A stretch of DNA of 64,000 nucleotides from Treponemataceae bacterium (GCA_963667725.2 CAXXHO010000005.1:512001-576000), one strand, 5' to 3'; positions 1 to 11,090 are shown, numbered from the stretch's first letter. The notes: generated by a model from the letters alone, not told the origin. Numbers and translations: made by a program.

Positions 1-244
1 TCCTGCTCGGATATAATGTCTTTAAAAAGAAATTACCATTTGATTCTGCTACACAGGGAATACAAAAAGCATAATCTTCTATCTCTACCACTAATATTAT
101 TTGATTCCTATACTTCTCTTTATTTGGATGCTCTAATACATCAAGCAAATGCCCTTCTTCAATCGCAACGACTATTCTTTCAAAAGACACCCCTCTTTCT
201 TGTTTTAAGAGAACATTCTTTTCTTCATTCCAATAGAAACTCAT
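1..244 (-). CDS. BrnT/DUF4258-like toxin, 3' end truncated by the window edge
   Basis: Manual translation MSFYWNEEKNVLLKQERGVSFERIVVAIEEGHLLDVLEHPNKEKYRNQIILVVEIEDYAFCIPCVAESNGNFFLKTLYPSR; not in the ORF track because it has no stop in the window. Confidence 0.8.
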   Translation of the reverse strand, partial: MSFYWNEEKNVLLKQERGVSFERIVVAIEEGHLLDVLEHPNKEKYRNQIILVVEIEDYAFCIPCVAESNGNFFLKTLYPSR

Positions 245-250
245 ATTATA

Positions 251-279
251 AACATATTCCTATGTATGCCTTTTGTCAA
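251..279 (-). promoter_or_regulatory. sigma70-type promoter of the toxin cassette, likely giving a leaderless mRNA
   Basis: TTGACA-17-TATGTT, with ATG 6 nt after the -10. Confidence 0.6.
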
Positions 280-451
280 CATTCCAAGCAAAGTCAACTA
301 TAAAATTCACTATTTCCTTTTATTATATATTCTTGCGCGCGCGAGCGCGTCCGCCTAACATTGGCTTAACCCTTAACGCCTGCTCCTGAGCGAAGCGAAG
401 GATTGGCGTGGTTTTTGCGTGATCTTCTCGCAAAAACCATGACAAAAGGCG

Positions 452-1210
452 TTATAGGGTTGAAGCATTTGTTAGGTTCCTCACTTTTTCCAAGTATTCC
501 CAATACTCCAATATCTTAATATCATTTGCTTTTTCTTTAAGCTTTAATAGCATAAATAATTCTGGCCTATGCTCAGCGCCAGCTAAAACAGCAACAGTCC
601 TCTCGTTTTTGCTTTTATTTAAAATGTTCTGAACCATTGCAGCAGTTCTTTCATTCCAAAATACTGCATCTGCTATACAGAAACTATAATATTTCTTTAA
701 TATTTCATTATTTGGAATTACTTCCATAATAACTCTATTCCATTTTTCTTCTTTTTCTATAATAATTTCATCTAATTCTATACTATTTATTCTTTTACAT
801 TTATTTCTTCTAATAAAATGATCCCTCTTTTTCATTGCTGCATAAGCATCGCTAATGATTTTTGTTTCATTTTCAGATAAAGCTTTTTTCTTTAATAGCT
901 TATTAATATCCGTAAACAAATCTTTATAATTCTTAAACAATTTGATATTTTTAATCTGTTCTTGTCGGTTATATATATCATATGGTTTGATCTTAATAGT
1001 TTTCAATTGTTCATATTTATTAAGTGCATAATCCTCTTGTGATTCATTATTTCTCGCTTTTTTTAACTCACCAGACTCTGTATAAAATTCATCTGACAAC
1101 TCTTCTAATATGCAAGATGGCTCTATATCAACTAATATCTGATATAGAGTATCACCAGTATATTTCTTTGTATTTTTGTGTAATGTGCCAATAATTATTA
1201 TATTTGTCAT
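452..1210 (-). CDS. Hypothetical cassette protein (possible TraB/ChaN/EreA-like fold)
   Basis: 252 aa; IIIGTLH...ILEE...AVLAGAEH pattern; stop codon lies inside the attC. Confidence 0.6.
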   Translation of the reverse strand: MTNIIIIGTLHKNTKKYTGDTLYQILVDIEPSCILEELSDEFYTESGELKKARNNESQEDYALNKYEQLKTIKIKPYDIYNRQEQIKNIKLFKNYKDLFTDINKLLKKKALSENETKIISDAYAAMKKRDHFIRRNKCKRINSIELDEIIIEKEEKWNRVIMEVIPNNEILKKYYSFCIADAVFWNERTAAMVQNILNKSKNERTVAVLAGAEHRPELFMLLKLKEKANDIKILEYWEYLEKVRNLTNASTL

Positions 1211-1340
1211 ATATTCTTAGTGAACCTAACATTGGCTTAACCTTTAAAGCCTGGCCTGAGCGAAGCGAAGGATTGGCGTGGTTTTTGCGTCATCTTCTCG
1301 CAAAAACCATGACAAAAGGCTTTATAAGGTTGAAGCTTTT

Positions 1341-1503
1341 GTTAGAATTTTCACCCCAAAGAGCACTTTTTTCTTCTCTTCTCTTTAGCTTTATTATCTT
1401 CTTCTCTTCGTCGTTTTTTATATGCACGTATCATGCGAGAATAAGGGAAAGACGCACCGCTTCTCTTCCCTTTTCGAGCAGTATAACATTCAATAATTCT
1501 AAC
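1341..1503 (-). repeat. Gene-less cassette family A, copy 1 (TGtTATACT variant)
   Basis: 163-bp unit with self-complementary ends gttagaatt/aattctaac; hairpin at 1443-1472. Confidence 0.9.
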
Positions 1504-1636
1504 ATTCGTTTAACCTTTAAACCCGGCCGAGCGTAGCGAGGCATTGGCGCGATTCTTGCCTCACTCTAAAAAGCCCTTTTACTCTACGTTGTTTCGCAAG
1601 AATCGTGACAATAGGGTTTATAAGGTTGAAACGGTT

Positions 1637-1801
1637 GTTAGAATTTTCACCCCAATTGGCACTTCTTCTCTTTTCTTCTTTTTTCCATAAGATTTTTCTT
1701 ATCTTCGTTCCTTTTCTAACGACATAATGAATGCGAGAATAAGGGAAAGACGCACCGCTTCTCTTCCCTTTTCGAGCAGTATAACATTAAATAATTCTAA
1801 C
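1637..1801 (-). repeat. Gene-less cassette family A, copy 2 (diverged tail, TATACT variant, variant attC)
   Basis: Same hairpin and ends as copy 1; tail rewritten but still purine-rich on the minus strand. Confidence 0.88.
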
Positions 1802-1921
1802 ATTGGCTTAACCTTTAAAGCCTGTTCCTGAGCGAAGCGAAGGATTGGCGTGGTTTTTGCATGATCTTCTGGCAAAAACCATGCCAAAAGGCTTTATAAG
1901 GTTGAAGCAATTGTTAGAAGC

Positions 1922-2500
1922 TTATTGTTTTACTTTTCTACTTATTGTTTTATTATGATCTATTTCTAATAATCGTAACATACTATCCATATATTCTGGA
2001 TAAATATCGTTTTTATCATGAATTGGATCTCCCAAGCACATTGGAGAAGCAATCATCTCAAGGGGTTCTAATATCTTAATAGTATTAAAGTCACCCAATT
2101 TCCATACTTGTTTAAGAAATCTTTTATAATATCTGTCATTATCTGCAATAGATGCTATGTTTTGATAAAATATTGATACTCTTCTTCTATGGAAATGTAA
2201 TGAATCATCTATAACATTATTCTCATTTTTATATTTCTCAATATATTTCTGTATCATTAATACTTCACTTATGCTTTCAATATTCCCCGAATCTTTATCA
2301 CATTCTCTTTTTAAATCCCACAATTTTTTTAAGGATATTCCCATTTCTTTTGAGCCATACTGTTTATAAAGTTCATTAATAGTTTGATTTCTGTATAGTC
2401 TTTTTGATAATATCCATGCAAAAACAGAAATTAGCAATGCCATCAATGCTACAAAAACAACTCCAAATTCAGCAATTATTGATAGAGTACTTTTATCCAC
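1922..2500 (-). CDS. Hypothetical membrane-anchored cassette protein
   Basis: 192 aa, N-terminal TM helix, AGGAGG RBS. Confidence 0.75.
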   Translation of the reverse strand: MDKSTLSIIAEFGVVFVALMALLISVFAWILSKRLYRNQTINELYKQYGSKEMGISLKKLWDLKRECDKDSGNIESISEVLMIQKYIEKYKNENNVIDDSLHFHRRRVSIFYQNIASIADNDRYYKRFLKQVWKLGDFNTIKILEPLEMIASPMCLGDPIHDKNDIYPEYMDSMLRLLEIDHNKTISRKVKQ

Positions 2501-2694
2501 ATTATCCTCCTTTTAGTACCATTAATGCGCATTTAATATTATCATATTTAAATTTTATAATGCTTCTAACATTGGCTTAACCCTTAACGCCTGCTCCTGA
2601 GCGTAGCGAAGGATTGGCGTGGTTTGTGCATTGTTGTTCTGCACAAACCATGACAAAAGGCGTTATAGGGTTGAAGCATTTGTTAGACGAATCC

Positions 2695-3240
2695 TTATTT
2701 ACTACCCTTTTCACTTATTTTATATTTAAGCAATTCATTCAATACATAAGTTTCTCTTTCAATCCATTTCGTTTTCTTTTCAGAAGACTTCATCGTTTTT
2801 CTATTAACTTCTAATGCTTCTTTAATAGTTGTCCACTTTGGAATAAACATCAATTCTTTCTCATAATCATCAAGATTTTGACTATGTAAAGAATCTTCAA
2901 TTACAATTTCGTAGTAGGCTGATATCATTTTAAAATAATCAAATGTTTCTTCTTTAGATTTATTGTACTCAATTACTGTTCCAATTTTACATTTAATATC
3001 TACAATAGTTCCTCCAATTTCTTCATCTATTTCTCTAAATAATGCAATTTCTTGCGTTTCGTTATCTTCTACACCACCACCAGGAAATTTATATTCGTCA
3101 TTTGTTTTTGAATAAACCAAAAGTATCTGATTATTCTTAATAATTACTGCTCTTACAGCATTTCTACAAAATGATAATCCATTTAGATCTATATCTTTTT
3201 TATAAAATATCTCTTTGTTAAAAAGCATCGATCCTTCCAT
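2695..3240 (-). CDS. NUDIX hydrolase
   Basis: Nudix box GGGVEDNETQEIALFREIDEEIG. Confidence 0.9.
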   Translation of the reverse strand: MEGSMLFNKEIFYKKDIDLNGLSFCRNAVRAVIIKNNQILLVYSKTNDEYKFPGGGVEDNETQEIALFREIDEEIGGTIVDIKCKIGTVIEYNKSKEETFDYFKMISAYYEIVIEDSLHSQNLDDYEKELMFIPKWTTIKEALEVNRKTMKSSEKKTKWIERETYVLNELLKYKISEKGSK

Positions 3241-3447
3241 GATAAAATGTTACATACACAATTACACATATCAAGTTAACATTTTTACTAATTGCTTTAA
3301 TATGTATCTTTTTGCGCCGAAGGCGTCCGTCTAACATTGGCTTGACCCTTAACGCCCGCTCCTGAGCGAAGCGAAGGATTGGCGTGGTTTGTGCATTGTT
3401 GTTCTGCACAAACCATGACAAAGGGCGTTATAGGGTCGAAGCAGGTG

Positions 3448-3999
3448 TTAGAAGCTTTTTTTCTTATCTTCCTTATAGAAATCTTCTCGTACTATATCCA
3501 TAAAGATATCATTATGTCGTTCATTATTATAATAATGTGATCTTCTTCTCTCTCCCATTTTTTTAAACCCTACTTTCTCATAACTCTTTCTTGCTCGTAC
3601 ATTATAATCAAAAACTCTAAGCATTATGTTCTCTAATCCCAATATCCTGAATGAATAATCTATAAGTAATCGCAATGCTTCAGTTCCATAGCCTTTTCCC
3701 CAATACTCTTGATTGCCTATGAAGATTCCTACTTCTGATGTCTTATGTACATGGTTAACATTAATAAGTCCTACATTTCCGATTAGAGTATCGTTTTCGA
3801 TATCAATAACCCCATATACATGTTCTTTTGATAATCTTTGGAGAACTTCTTTTTCTGATTCCAATGTTATTACATTTGGCCCAGCAAGAAGATATTTGAA
3901 TACTTCTTCTGAATTGAGCCATTCTGCATACTGAGCAGCATCATCCATATTGATTGGTGCTAAATAACACTTTATACCAATCATTTTTCGAAAATACAT
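3448..3999 (-). CDS. GNAT acetyltransferase (RimJ/RimL/SpeG-like)
   Basis: YWGKGYGTEAL and NVRARKSYEKVGF motifs. Confidence 0.9.
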   Translation of the reverse strand: MYFRKMIGIKCYLAPINMDDAAQYAEWLNSEEVFKYLLAGPNVITLESEKEVLQRLSKEHVYGVIDIENDTLIGNVGLINVNHVHKTSEVGIFIGNQEYWGKGYGTEALRLLIDYSFRILGLENIMLRVFDYNVRARKSYEKVGFKKMGERRRSHYYNNERHNDIFMDIVREDFYKEDKKKSF

Positions 4000-4152
4000 T
4001 ACTTTCTCCTATTTCCTGGCGCCGGAGGCGTCCTTCTAACATTGGCTTAACCCTTAACGCCTGTTCCTGAGCGTAGCGAAGGATTGGCGTGGTTTTTGCG
4101 TGATCCTCTCGCAAAAACCATGACAAAAGGCATTATAGGGTTGAAGCATTTG

Positions 4153-4608
4153 TTAGGTATTTCCTCTTTCTTTACTATTGTATTCTACTTCGAATCCATT
4201 TTTTATTGTATATTTTACTTTTCCATCTTCCATGTTTTCTATCTTTATCATTTTTCTATTATATATTTCTTCATAATTTATTTTGATTCCTTTTTCATAA
4301 ACAAAGACTTTATTCCATATCTTTGAAGTATTCATAATCTCAATATAAAGATTGATTATTGTATTTATTATATATCCTACGATTAATAAGTAATTCTGAT
4401 CTTGGTTACATATCACAATCATCGTAATATTTGATAAAGTATAATTTGTAACTCCAAAAACATATTTATATGGAGTGTGAATACCTATCAAATACCCAAT
4501 ACCTATTTCTTTTCCTAGTCGTTTTGTAGTTCTATATTTATTCCAGGCTAAAGATAGCAAAGATAATACTGAGAGAATAATTGTCTTTACTATCATGCTT
4601 TTATTCAT
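4153..4608 (-). CDS. Hypothetical membrane protein (duplicated at 10396-10851)
   Basis: 151-aa hydrophobic ORF filling the cassette. Confidence 0.6.
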   Translation of the reverse strand: MNKSMIVKTIILSVLSLLSLAWNKYRTTKRLGKEIGIGYLIGIHTPYKYVFGVTNYTLSNITMIVICNQDQNYLLIVGYIINTIINLYIEIMNTSKIWNKVFVYEKGIKINYEEIYNRKMIKIENMEDGKVKYTIKNGFEVEYNSKERGNT

Positions 4609-4848
4609 CGAAAAGCCTCATTTTGATATATTTTTAAATATGCCATAATTAAAATTTATTTGATCTACAGAAGAACATATAATCTTTTTTCTTTGGGGCG
4701 AGCGAAGCGAGTCCACCTAACATTGGCTTAACCTTTAAATCCGTGCCCGAAGGGCTTGGCGTGGTTCTTGCGTAAAGGAGCGAAGCCACGAAGTGGCGAA
4801 GCGACTCGCAAGAACCATGACAAAGGATTTATAAGGTTGAAGCATGTG

Positions 4849-5184
4849 TTAGGATCGCTTTTTTTTACCACCTTCTTCTAGTAATCCAGTCTTTATATAC
4901 TTCTTCATCAATTCGTAAATATCTTTTTTATCACCGTCTTTTCTTATTCCAACAGCAATTATGATTACAATTATTTCTTTATCAAGAACTTTATAAATAA
5001 TCCTATATCGTTGTCCTACCGCACGAACTGACCGAAATTCTTTTAATGGACCTTTTAATGGCTTCCCTAATAATAATGGCTCTTCTTTTAATGATTCTAT
5101 CTTATTTATTACTTGATTCTGTGTCCTACTATCCAGCTTTTTGATATTATCAGCTGCAATTATAGTAAGCTTTATCTTATACAT
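4849..5184 (-). CDS. RelE/ParE family toxin
   Basis: GKPLKGPLKEFRSVRAVGQRYRIIY; overlaps the antitoxin gene. Confidence 0.9.
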   Translation of the reverse strand: MYKIKLTIIAADNIKKLDSRTQNQVINKIESLKEEPLLLGKPLKGPLKEFRSVRAVGQRYRIIYKVLDKEIIVIIIAVGIRKDGDKKDIYELMKKYIKTGLLEEGGKKKRS

Positions 5185-5443
5185 TTAAGCTCTTCTTAAA
5201 ATCTTCAAAATCAATAAGACTATCATTTTCGAACTGCTTTATCCCAATCTTTAGATCATCATATAAAGCCTCATCCGAAATGATATCTAAAGTCTCAGCA
5301 ATACTTTCGTATGTATCCCAACGAAGTAACGCAAAGACTTCTTTTCCATGATTGGTAACAGAGATTGTATCATTGAAAGAAAGATCATCCTCAAGAGAAG
5401 TGATCCTCTTCCTTGTTTCGGAGATTGATAACTGTTTAACCAT
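5177..5443 (-). CDS. Phd/YefM family antitoxin
   Basis: LSISETRKRI...VTNHGKEVFALL pattern; acidic C-terminus. Confidence 0.88.
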   Translation of the reverse strand: MVKQLSISETRKRITSLEDDLSFNDTISVTNHGKEVFALLRWDTYESIAETLDIISDEALYDDLKIGIKQFENDSLIDFEDFKKSLNV

Positions 5444-5459
5444 AATTACCTCTGAATAA

Positions 5460-5501
5460 ATGATACATTATATTGTACAATATGTCAATAATAATTGTAC
5501 A
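5460..5501 (-). promoter_or_regulatory. TA promoter with TGTACA operator palindromes
   Basis: TTGACA (5488-5483)-17-TATCAT (5465-5460); two TGTACA motifs. Confidence 0.8.
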
Positions 5502-5697
5502 TATTATTAATTACTGCTATTGTAATATGTTATATCGTTTCGATAAAGCTAGTCGTCCTAACATTTGTTTAACCTTTAAACCCGTCCCGAGCTACTGCGA
5601 GGGATTGGCGCGATTCTTGCAACACTCTAGTAAGCAGTAACATTCTAATTTGATATGCAAGAAGCGTGACAATAGGGTTTATAAGGTTGAAACGTTT

Positions 5698-5859
5698 GTT
5701 AGAATTTTCACCCCAAAGTGCACTTCTTTCTTCTCTTCTCTTTAACTTTTAATTTTCTTCTCTTCGTCGTTTTTTATAGGCACGTAACATGCGAGAATAA
5801 GGGAAAGACGCATCGCTTCTCTTCCCTTTTCGAGCAGCTGAACAACTAATAATTCTAAC
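5698..5859 (-). repeat. Gene-less cassette family A, copy 3 (TCAGCT variant, variant attC)
   Basis: Near-identical to copy 7. Confidence 0.9.
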
Positions 5860-5975
5860 ATTGGCTTAACCTTTAAATCCGTGCCCGTAGGGCTTGGCGT
5901 GGTTCTTGCGTTATCTTCTCGCAAGAACCATGCCAAAGGATTTATAAGGTTGAAGCAGTTGTTGGACGATTTCTC

Positions 5976-6371
5976 TTATTTCCAATCTTCTATTTTTAAA
6001 TTCTTGATTCTAGAAAACTCACCAGTATTATTTGTTACTAATACTAAGTCTTTAGCTATCGCTTGCGCAGCTATAAGCATATCATACGGTCCAATTAATA
6101 TTCCATTTTGCTTCAAATATGATCGTATCTTACCAAATTCTTCAGCATCATTATCATCAAAATTCAATACTGAAAAAGGAGCTATAAACTCTGTCAACGA
6201 TATTCTATTCTTTTCTATGTTTTGACTATTGTATACACCATATTGAAGTTCCGCTACTGTTATGCTTGATACATATACTTTCTTCTTAATTACTTCTTGC
6301 AGCCTTTGTAACACATGAGGAGGCTTCCCGTTCTTGATGAAGATGCAGGTATTAGTATCTAAGAGATACAT
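5976..6371 (-). CDS. vapC: VapC PIN-domain toxin
   Basis: YLLDTNTCI...IGPYDMLIAAQA...LVTNNTGEF. Confidence 0.95.
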   Translation of the reverse strand: MYLLDTNTCIFIKNGKPPHVLQRLQEVIKKKVYVSSITVAELQYGVYNSQNIEKNRISLTEFIAPFSVLNFDDNDAEEFGKIRSYLKQNGILIGPYDMLIAAQAIAKDLVLVTNNTGEFSRIKNLKIEDWK

Positions 6372-6601
6372 TATAGACCTTCTCTTTCTTGCATAGGAGG
6401 CTGTTCTCTTCCTTCACTCATAAAATCATCAGTAAACCCATTCAACCCATGTAAAAATGTTTCCCATTCTTTTCCTTTAGGAAATAGAATTACTGAAGAA
6501 CCTACCTTTTGAATGAGCACATCGGTACCAGGGAAATTATATTCTTTGGGTAAACGTACCGCTTGGCTACGTCCATTTTTAAACAATTTAGCTATTTGCA
6601 T
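6371..6601 (-). CDS. vapB: VapB (AbrB-type) antitoxin
   Basis: MQIAKLFKNGRSQAVRLPKEY; GGAGG RBS supports a start at 6601. Confidence 0.93.
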   Translation of the reverse strand: MQIAKLFKNGRSQAVRLPKEYNFPGTDVLIQKVGSSVILFPKGKEWETFLHGLNGFTDDFMSEGREQPPMQEREGL

Positions 6602-6621
6602 ATCATGCCTCCACACATTGA

Positions 6622-6650
6622 AGTATATATCATGATATATATTATGTCAA
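6622..6650 (-). promoter_or_regulatory. vapBC promoter with palindromic operator
   Basis: TTGACA-17-TATACT overlapping the palindrome atatatcatgatatat. Confidence 0.85.
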
Positions 6651-6845
6651 GTTTATGCTATTTTACTTTATAATAACACTTTACAATGTCATATATACTG
6701 CGCGCCGAGGGCGTCCGTCCAACATTGGCTTAACCCTTAACGCCTGTTCCTGAGCGAAGCGAAGGATTGGCGTGGTTTTTGCGTCATCTTCTAGCAAAAA
6801 CCATGACAAAAGGCGTTATAGGGTTGAAGCTTTTGTTGGACGTCT

Positions 6846-7259
6846 CTACTTATTATCTTTACTTATCTTTTCTTCCAATGTCCTATAGATCTCTTCATTC
6901 TTCTCTCTACCCAATCCTAATACTATCTTTTCATTCTTTCCAATGATAAGGATATATGGTTTCTCCTTCTTGATTTCAAATAATCTTACTTTGCCTAATT
7001 CCTTATAAGAAAATATTCCAATATTCATGAATCCTAGGTTAATACCATTTGTCTTCATTCCCCAAAATGGTATCTCATCAAGTTTTCTTACTTCTTCTAT
7101 ATCTTCATATGATATTTCAACTCCATACAGGCCATTTACTTTAAGTGAACTCTCTAATACTTCTACCGATATAGTCTTAATAAAAAAGACTGAGACAGCT
7201 ATGATTATTATTGTAATGAGGATTGCCAGTAATGTTGTTTGTTTATTCGATGTTTTCAT
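6846..7259 (-). CDS. Membrane-anchored bacterial PH-domain-like protein
   Basis: N-terminal TM, ISYEDIEEV...KTNG...GIF pattern; paralog at 16803-17938. Confidence 0.7.
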   Translation of the reverse strand: MKTSNKQTTLLAILITIIIIAVSVFFIKTISVEVLESSLKVNGLYGVEISYEDIEEVRKLDEIPFWGMKTNGINLGFMNIGIFSYKELGKVRLFEIKKEKPYILIIGKNEKIVLGLGREKNEEIYRTLEEKISKDNK

Positions 7260-7491
7260 AGTATTGGTCCGTTATTACTATTGTAGTAGATGGCACTAAA
7301 TTTTAAATCAGTGAACAATAGCTTTATAAAGTAAATCATATTTTTAGCGCGCGTAAGCGCGTCCGTCCAACATTGGCTTAACCCTTAACGCCTGTTCCTG
7401 AGCGTAGCGAAGGATTGGCGTGGTTTGTGCATTGTTGTTCTGCACAAACCATGACAAAAGGCGTTATAGGGTTGAAGCATTTGTTAGGTTT

Positions 7492-7734
7492 CTATTTTTC
7501 TTCTTTTCCAATACCTGATCCAATCATTTTGTCATACTTTTTATTCTCTTCTTCAATCATCTTCAAATGTATCTCATCTTTTCGTATCTCTAGCTCCAAT
7601 ATTTCTTTTTGATACTTTTTCTTTTCTACATCTGCTTTTATCTTTTTGATATATGAAATAAAACCAAACGTTAATGCTGGTGCTACAAAGAAAAACATAA
7701 TCATTCCAAAGTATGGTATAGGTATAAATTCCAT
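7492..7734 (-). CDS. Small hypothetical membrane protein
   Basis: TM helix plus coiled-coil tail; second gene of a two-gene cassette. Confidence 0.65.
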   Translation of the reverse strand: MEFIPIPYFGMIMFFFVAPALTFGFISYIKKIKADVEKKKYQKEILELEIRKDEIHLKMIEEENKKYDKMIGSGIGKEEK

Positions 7735-8061
7735 TTACTTTTTCCTACTACTACTTTTCGACTTAGGTATATTTACTAGTGGTTCTACAAGCTTAATTAC
7801 TTCTGTGCATAGTTCTTTATTATCAATATCCAATATGTAATGTTCTTTTGCTCCTGTATAAGGAATTCCCTTTTCTGATTCTTTCATCAACTCAACGAGA
7901 CATGCATGTTGTTTTATATATACACTATTATTACAGACTAATAGTATTGGCTTATCATCTACATATACCATATATTCACCAAACATTTTTCTATAACGAA
8001 TTCGACCAGTCTCACTAATCTGCTCACATACATACTGTATGAATTCAAGATCTGTTGCCAT
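7735..8061 (-). CDS. TfoX/Sxy N-terminal domain protein
   Basis: YRKMFGEYMVYVDDK...PYTGAKEH. Confidence 0.85.
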   Translation of the reverse strand: MATDLEFIQYVCEQISETGRIRYRKMFGEYMVYVDDKPILLVCNNSVYIKQHACLVELMKESEKGIPYTGAKEHYILDIDNKELCTEVIKLVEPLVNIPKSKSSSRKK

Positions 8062-8304
8062 AGACTCTCCAAATCAGCATCACTTATTTCTTTTATTATT
8101 ATAGCGTGAAGCATCAAGTTAACATTAACAATAAATAGTTTCGCATGTATCTTTTTGCGCCGAAGGCGTCAACCTAACATTGGCTTAACCCTTAACGCCT
8201 GTTCCTGAGCGTAGCGAAGGATTGGCGTGGTTTTTGCGTCATCTTCTCGCAAAAACCATGACAAAGGGCGTTATAGGGTTGAAGCATTTGTTAGGTTTTT
8301 TATA

Positions 8305-9015
8305 TTATATTATGTACTCTATACAATTAGATTCTGATACTTTTAAAGGAAATTTCAATTGCTCATTCCAAATATATGCATTTACTTTAAGATAGTATTT
8401 TCTTTGAGAATCTAATGGTTCATATACTTTTTTATTTATTTCATTGCCTTCCATCATATTGTGATTAATTTTATTCACTTCTTCTATTAAATTTAACGTG
8501 GATAAATCAAACATATTTGATTGTATATTATTTACAACACAATAGGATTTTTTAGAAAACAAATTTTCATTGATTACTTCCATATCGCTTGAAATTTCTA
8601 TTTGATATTTTACACCCTTAAATATTTCATAATTCCATTGAATAGTATTTTTATTTCGCTCTAGTTTAAAACGTTCAGATAAATATATGGAATGTGATTG
8701 TACATTACTCCCTTTTTTTATAGCTATATTATTACTAAATAAATCTGCATTTTTTAATTTACCAATGTTTTCACCCAATTCAAGAAACACCAGATCACTT
8801 TCTTTTGATATATACCCTTTATAATAGTATTCGCCATTCTTATTAAGCTTTACGGAATGGACCCTTCCTTCTTTTAGATATGGTCCAGCAATATCTACAC
8901 TTAACTTTGATGTATCTACTCCAATAGTATCAATAATCTTCCCGGTTAACGTAAAATTATTTTTTGAACAACTAGTAATTACTAAGCATATAAGTAATAG
9001 AATCCAATTTCTCAT
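8305..9015 (-). CDS. Hypothetical lipoprotein
   Basis: GGAG RBS, then MRNWILLLICLVITSC lipobox-type signal. Confidence 0.65.
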   Translation of the reverse strand: MRNWILLLICLVITSCSKNNFTLTGKIIDTIGVDTSKLSVDIAGPYLKEGRVHSVKLNKNGEYYYKGYISKESDLVFLELGENIGKLKNADLFSNNIAIKKGSNVQSHSIYLSERFKLERNKNTIQWNYEIFKGVKYQIEISSDMEVINENLFSKKSYCVVNNIQSNMFDLSTLNLIEEVNKINHNMMEGNEINKKVYEPLDSQRKYYLKVNAYIWNEQLKFPLKVSESNCIEYII

Positions 9016-9237
9016 GTGCTCTCCAAAGCAAAACAAAAATATTTTCAATGTTTTTCTATAAACCTAACATTGGCTTAACCCTTAACGCCTGTTCCTGAGC
9101 GTAGCGAAGGATTGGCGTGGTTTGTGCATTGTTGTTCTGCACAAACCATGACAAAGGGCGTTATAGGGTTGAAGCGTTTGTTAGACGAAACCTTATCTTA
9201 ATATAGTACAACTATATAATTTATTCTAATAGAACTT

Positions 9238-9903
9238 TTATACATTTTCTTTTTTAGATTTTCCATAAAGAAATGGTTCAGCAACCTTTTGATTAAATAC
9301 TGTTATTAATGGACCCATAAAAAATGCCGTTATTATTGTTCCAATTCCAGGAATCTTTCCCAATATAGTCCCCAATGTTACACAGATAAGATCACTAATT
9401 ACCCTGATCCATTTAAAAGGAATACTATGATTCTTTATGTTTAATCTTTTCTTTGCTAATATGAGCGAAATAGCATCGTAAACAGAAACCCCAAGATCCG
9501 CAGTATAATACAAGGCAGAGCCAAAACACATTATGACCAATGCTCCTAAAAGCATTAAAAACCTCTGTAATAATGAAACCGAAGGAAGCACTGAGACAAG
9601 GAATCTATATGAGCAATCAACAATGTAGCCTGTCAAAAACATATTTATAAATGTTGCTATACCAATAAAGTGTTTATCCCATATAAATATGCCTACAAGC
9701 ATTATTAAGCTTAGTATTAAATAGTATGTGCCATATCCCAGATATTTCGAAAATAAGATATGTGAACCTTGAGCAAAGCACTGAAATGGATCAACTCCAA
9801 AAGCTGATATATTAAATAACCCAACACTAAATGAACAAACAATAACGCCGGTTATGGTCATTAATATACGCTTAATAATATTTTTATTAGTAGCAAAACT
9901 CAT
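9238..9903 (-). CDS. YczE/YyaS/YitT family membrane protein
   Basis: Repeated GVDPF / ADLGVSVYD...GIGTII motifs. Confidence 0.85.
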   Translation of the reverse strand: MSFATNKNIIKRILMTITGVIVCSFSVGLFNISAFGVDPFQCFAQGSHILFSKYLGYGTYYLILSLIMLVGIFIWDKHFIGIATFINMFLTGYIVDCSYRFLVSVLPSVSLLQRFLMLLGALVIMCFGSALYYTADLGVSVYDAISLILAKKRLNIKNHSIPFKWIRVISDLICVTLGTILGKIPGIGTIITAFFMGPLITVFNQKVAEPFLYGKSKKENV

Positions 9904-10120
9904 TTAATCACCATAGGTGTTTTAAATTTGTGCCTGAAGAATCCGTCTAACATATTTGATAACCTCTTAAAGATGTATCTTTTTGCGCGCGTAAGCGCGT
10001 CCGTCTAACATTGGCTTAACCCTTAACGCCTGTTCCCGAGCGAAGCGAGGGATTGGCGTGGTTTTTGCGTTATCTTCTCGCAAAAATCATGACAAAAGGC
10101 GTTATAGGGTTGAAGCTTTT

Positions 10121-10283
10121 GTTAGAATTTTCACCCCAAAGAGCACTTCTTTCTTCTCTTCTCTTTAACTTATCTATTTTCTTCTTTTCGTCGTTTTTTA
10201 TATGCACGTAACATGCGAGAATAAGGGAAAGACGCACCGCTTCTCTTCCCTTTTCGAGCAGCTGAACAATAAATAATTCTAAC
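10121..10283 (-). repeat. Gene-less cassette family A, copy 4 (TCAGCT variant)
   Basis: Near-identical to copy 10. Confidence 0.9.
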
Positions 10284-10395
10284 ATTGGCTTAACCCTTAA
10301 CGCCTGTTCCTGAGCGTAGCGAAGGATTGGCGTGGTTTTTGCGTGATCCTCTCGCAAAAACCATGACAAAAGGCATTATAGGGTTGAAGCATTTG

Positions 10396-10851
10396 TTAGG
10401 TATTTCCTCTTTCTTTACTATTGTATTCTACTTCGAATCCATTTTTTATTGTATATTTTACTTTTCCATCTTCCATGTTTTCTATCTTTATCATTTTTCT
10501 ATTATATATTTCTTCATAATTTATTTTGATTCCTTTTTCATAAACAAAGACTTTATTCCATATCTTTGAAGTATTCATAATCTCAATATAAAGATTGATT
10601 ATTGTATTTATTATATATCCTACCATTAATAAGTAATTCTGATCTTGGTTACATATCACAATCATCGTAATATTTGATAAAGTATAATTTGTAACTCCAA
10701 AAACATATTTATATGGAGTGTGAATACCTATCAAATACCCAATACCTATTTCTTTTCCTAGTCGTTTTGTAGTTCTATATTTATTCCAGGCTAAAGATAG
10801 CAAAGATAATACTGAGAGAATAATTGTCTTTACTATCATGCTTTTATTCAT
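10396..10851 (-). CDS. Hypothetical membrane protein, duplicate of 4153-4608
   Basis: One amino-acid difference (I to M). Confidence 0.6.
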   Translation of the reverse strand: MNKSMIVKTIILSVLSLLSLAWNKYRTTKRLGKEIGIGYLIGIHTPYKYVFGVTNYTLSNITMIVICNQDQNYLLMVGYIINTIINLYIEIMNTSKIWNKVFVYEKGIKINYEEIYNRKMIKIENMEDGKVKYTIKNGFEVEYNSKERGNT

Positions 10852-11090
10852 CGAAAAGCCTCATTTTGATATATTTTTAAATATGCCATAATTAAAATTT
10901 ATTTGATCTACAGAAGAACATATAATCTTTTTTCTTTGGGGCGAGCGAAGCGAGTCCACCTAACATTGGCTTAACCCTTAACGCCTGCTCCTGAGCGAAG
11001 CGAGGGATTGGCATGGTTTTTGCATTGTTGTTCTGCAAAAACCATGCCAAAAGGCGTTATAGGGTTGAAGCAGTTGTTAGGCTTATTTTT

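Noticed and set aside
170..190. Apparent frameshift in the edge toxin gene
   Set aside because: Recounting the bases gives an uninterrupted frame (TTT GAA AGA ATA); the ORF simply runs off the window.
331..359. Cassette-leader hairpins as intrinsic terminators
   Set aside because: No 3' U-tract on either strand; the T-run lies 5' of the stem.
10070..10369. Family-A cassette as a small protein gene (MLEL...EKGREAVRLSLILA...)
   Set aside because: The ATG comes from the neighbouring attC, copies 1 and 8 have TGA after 24 codons, and other copies stop at different places.
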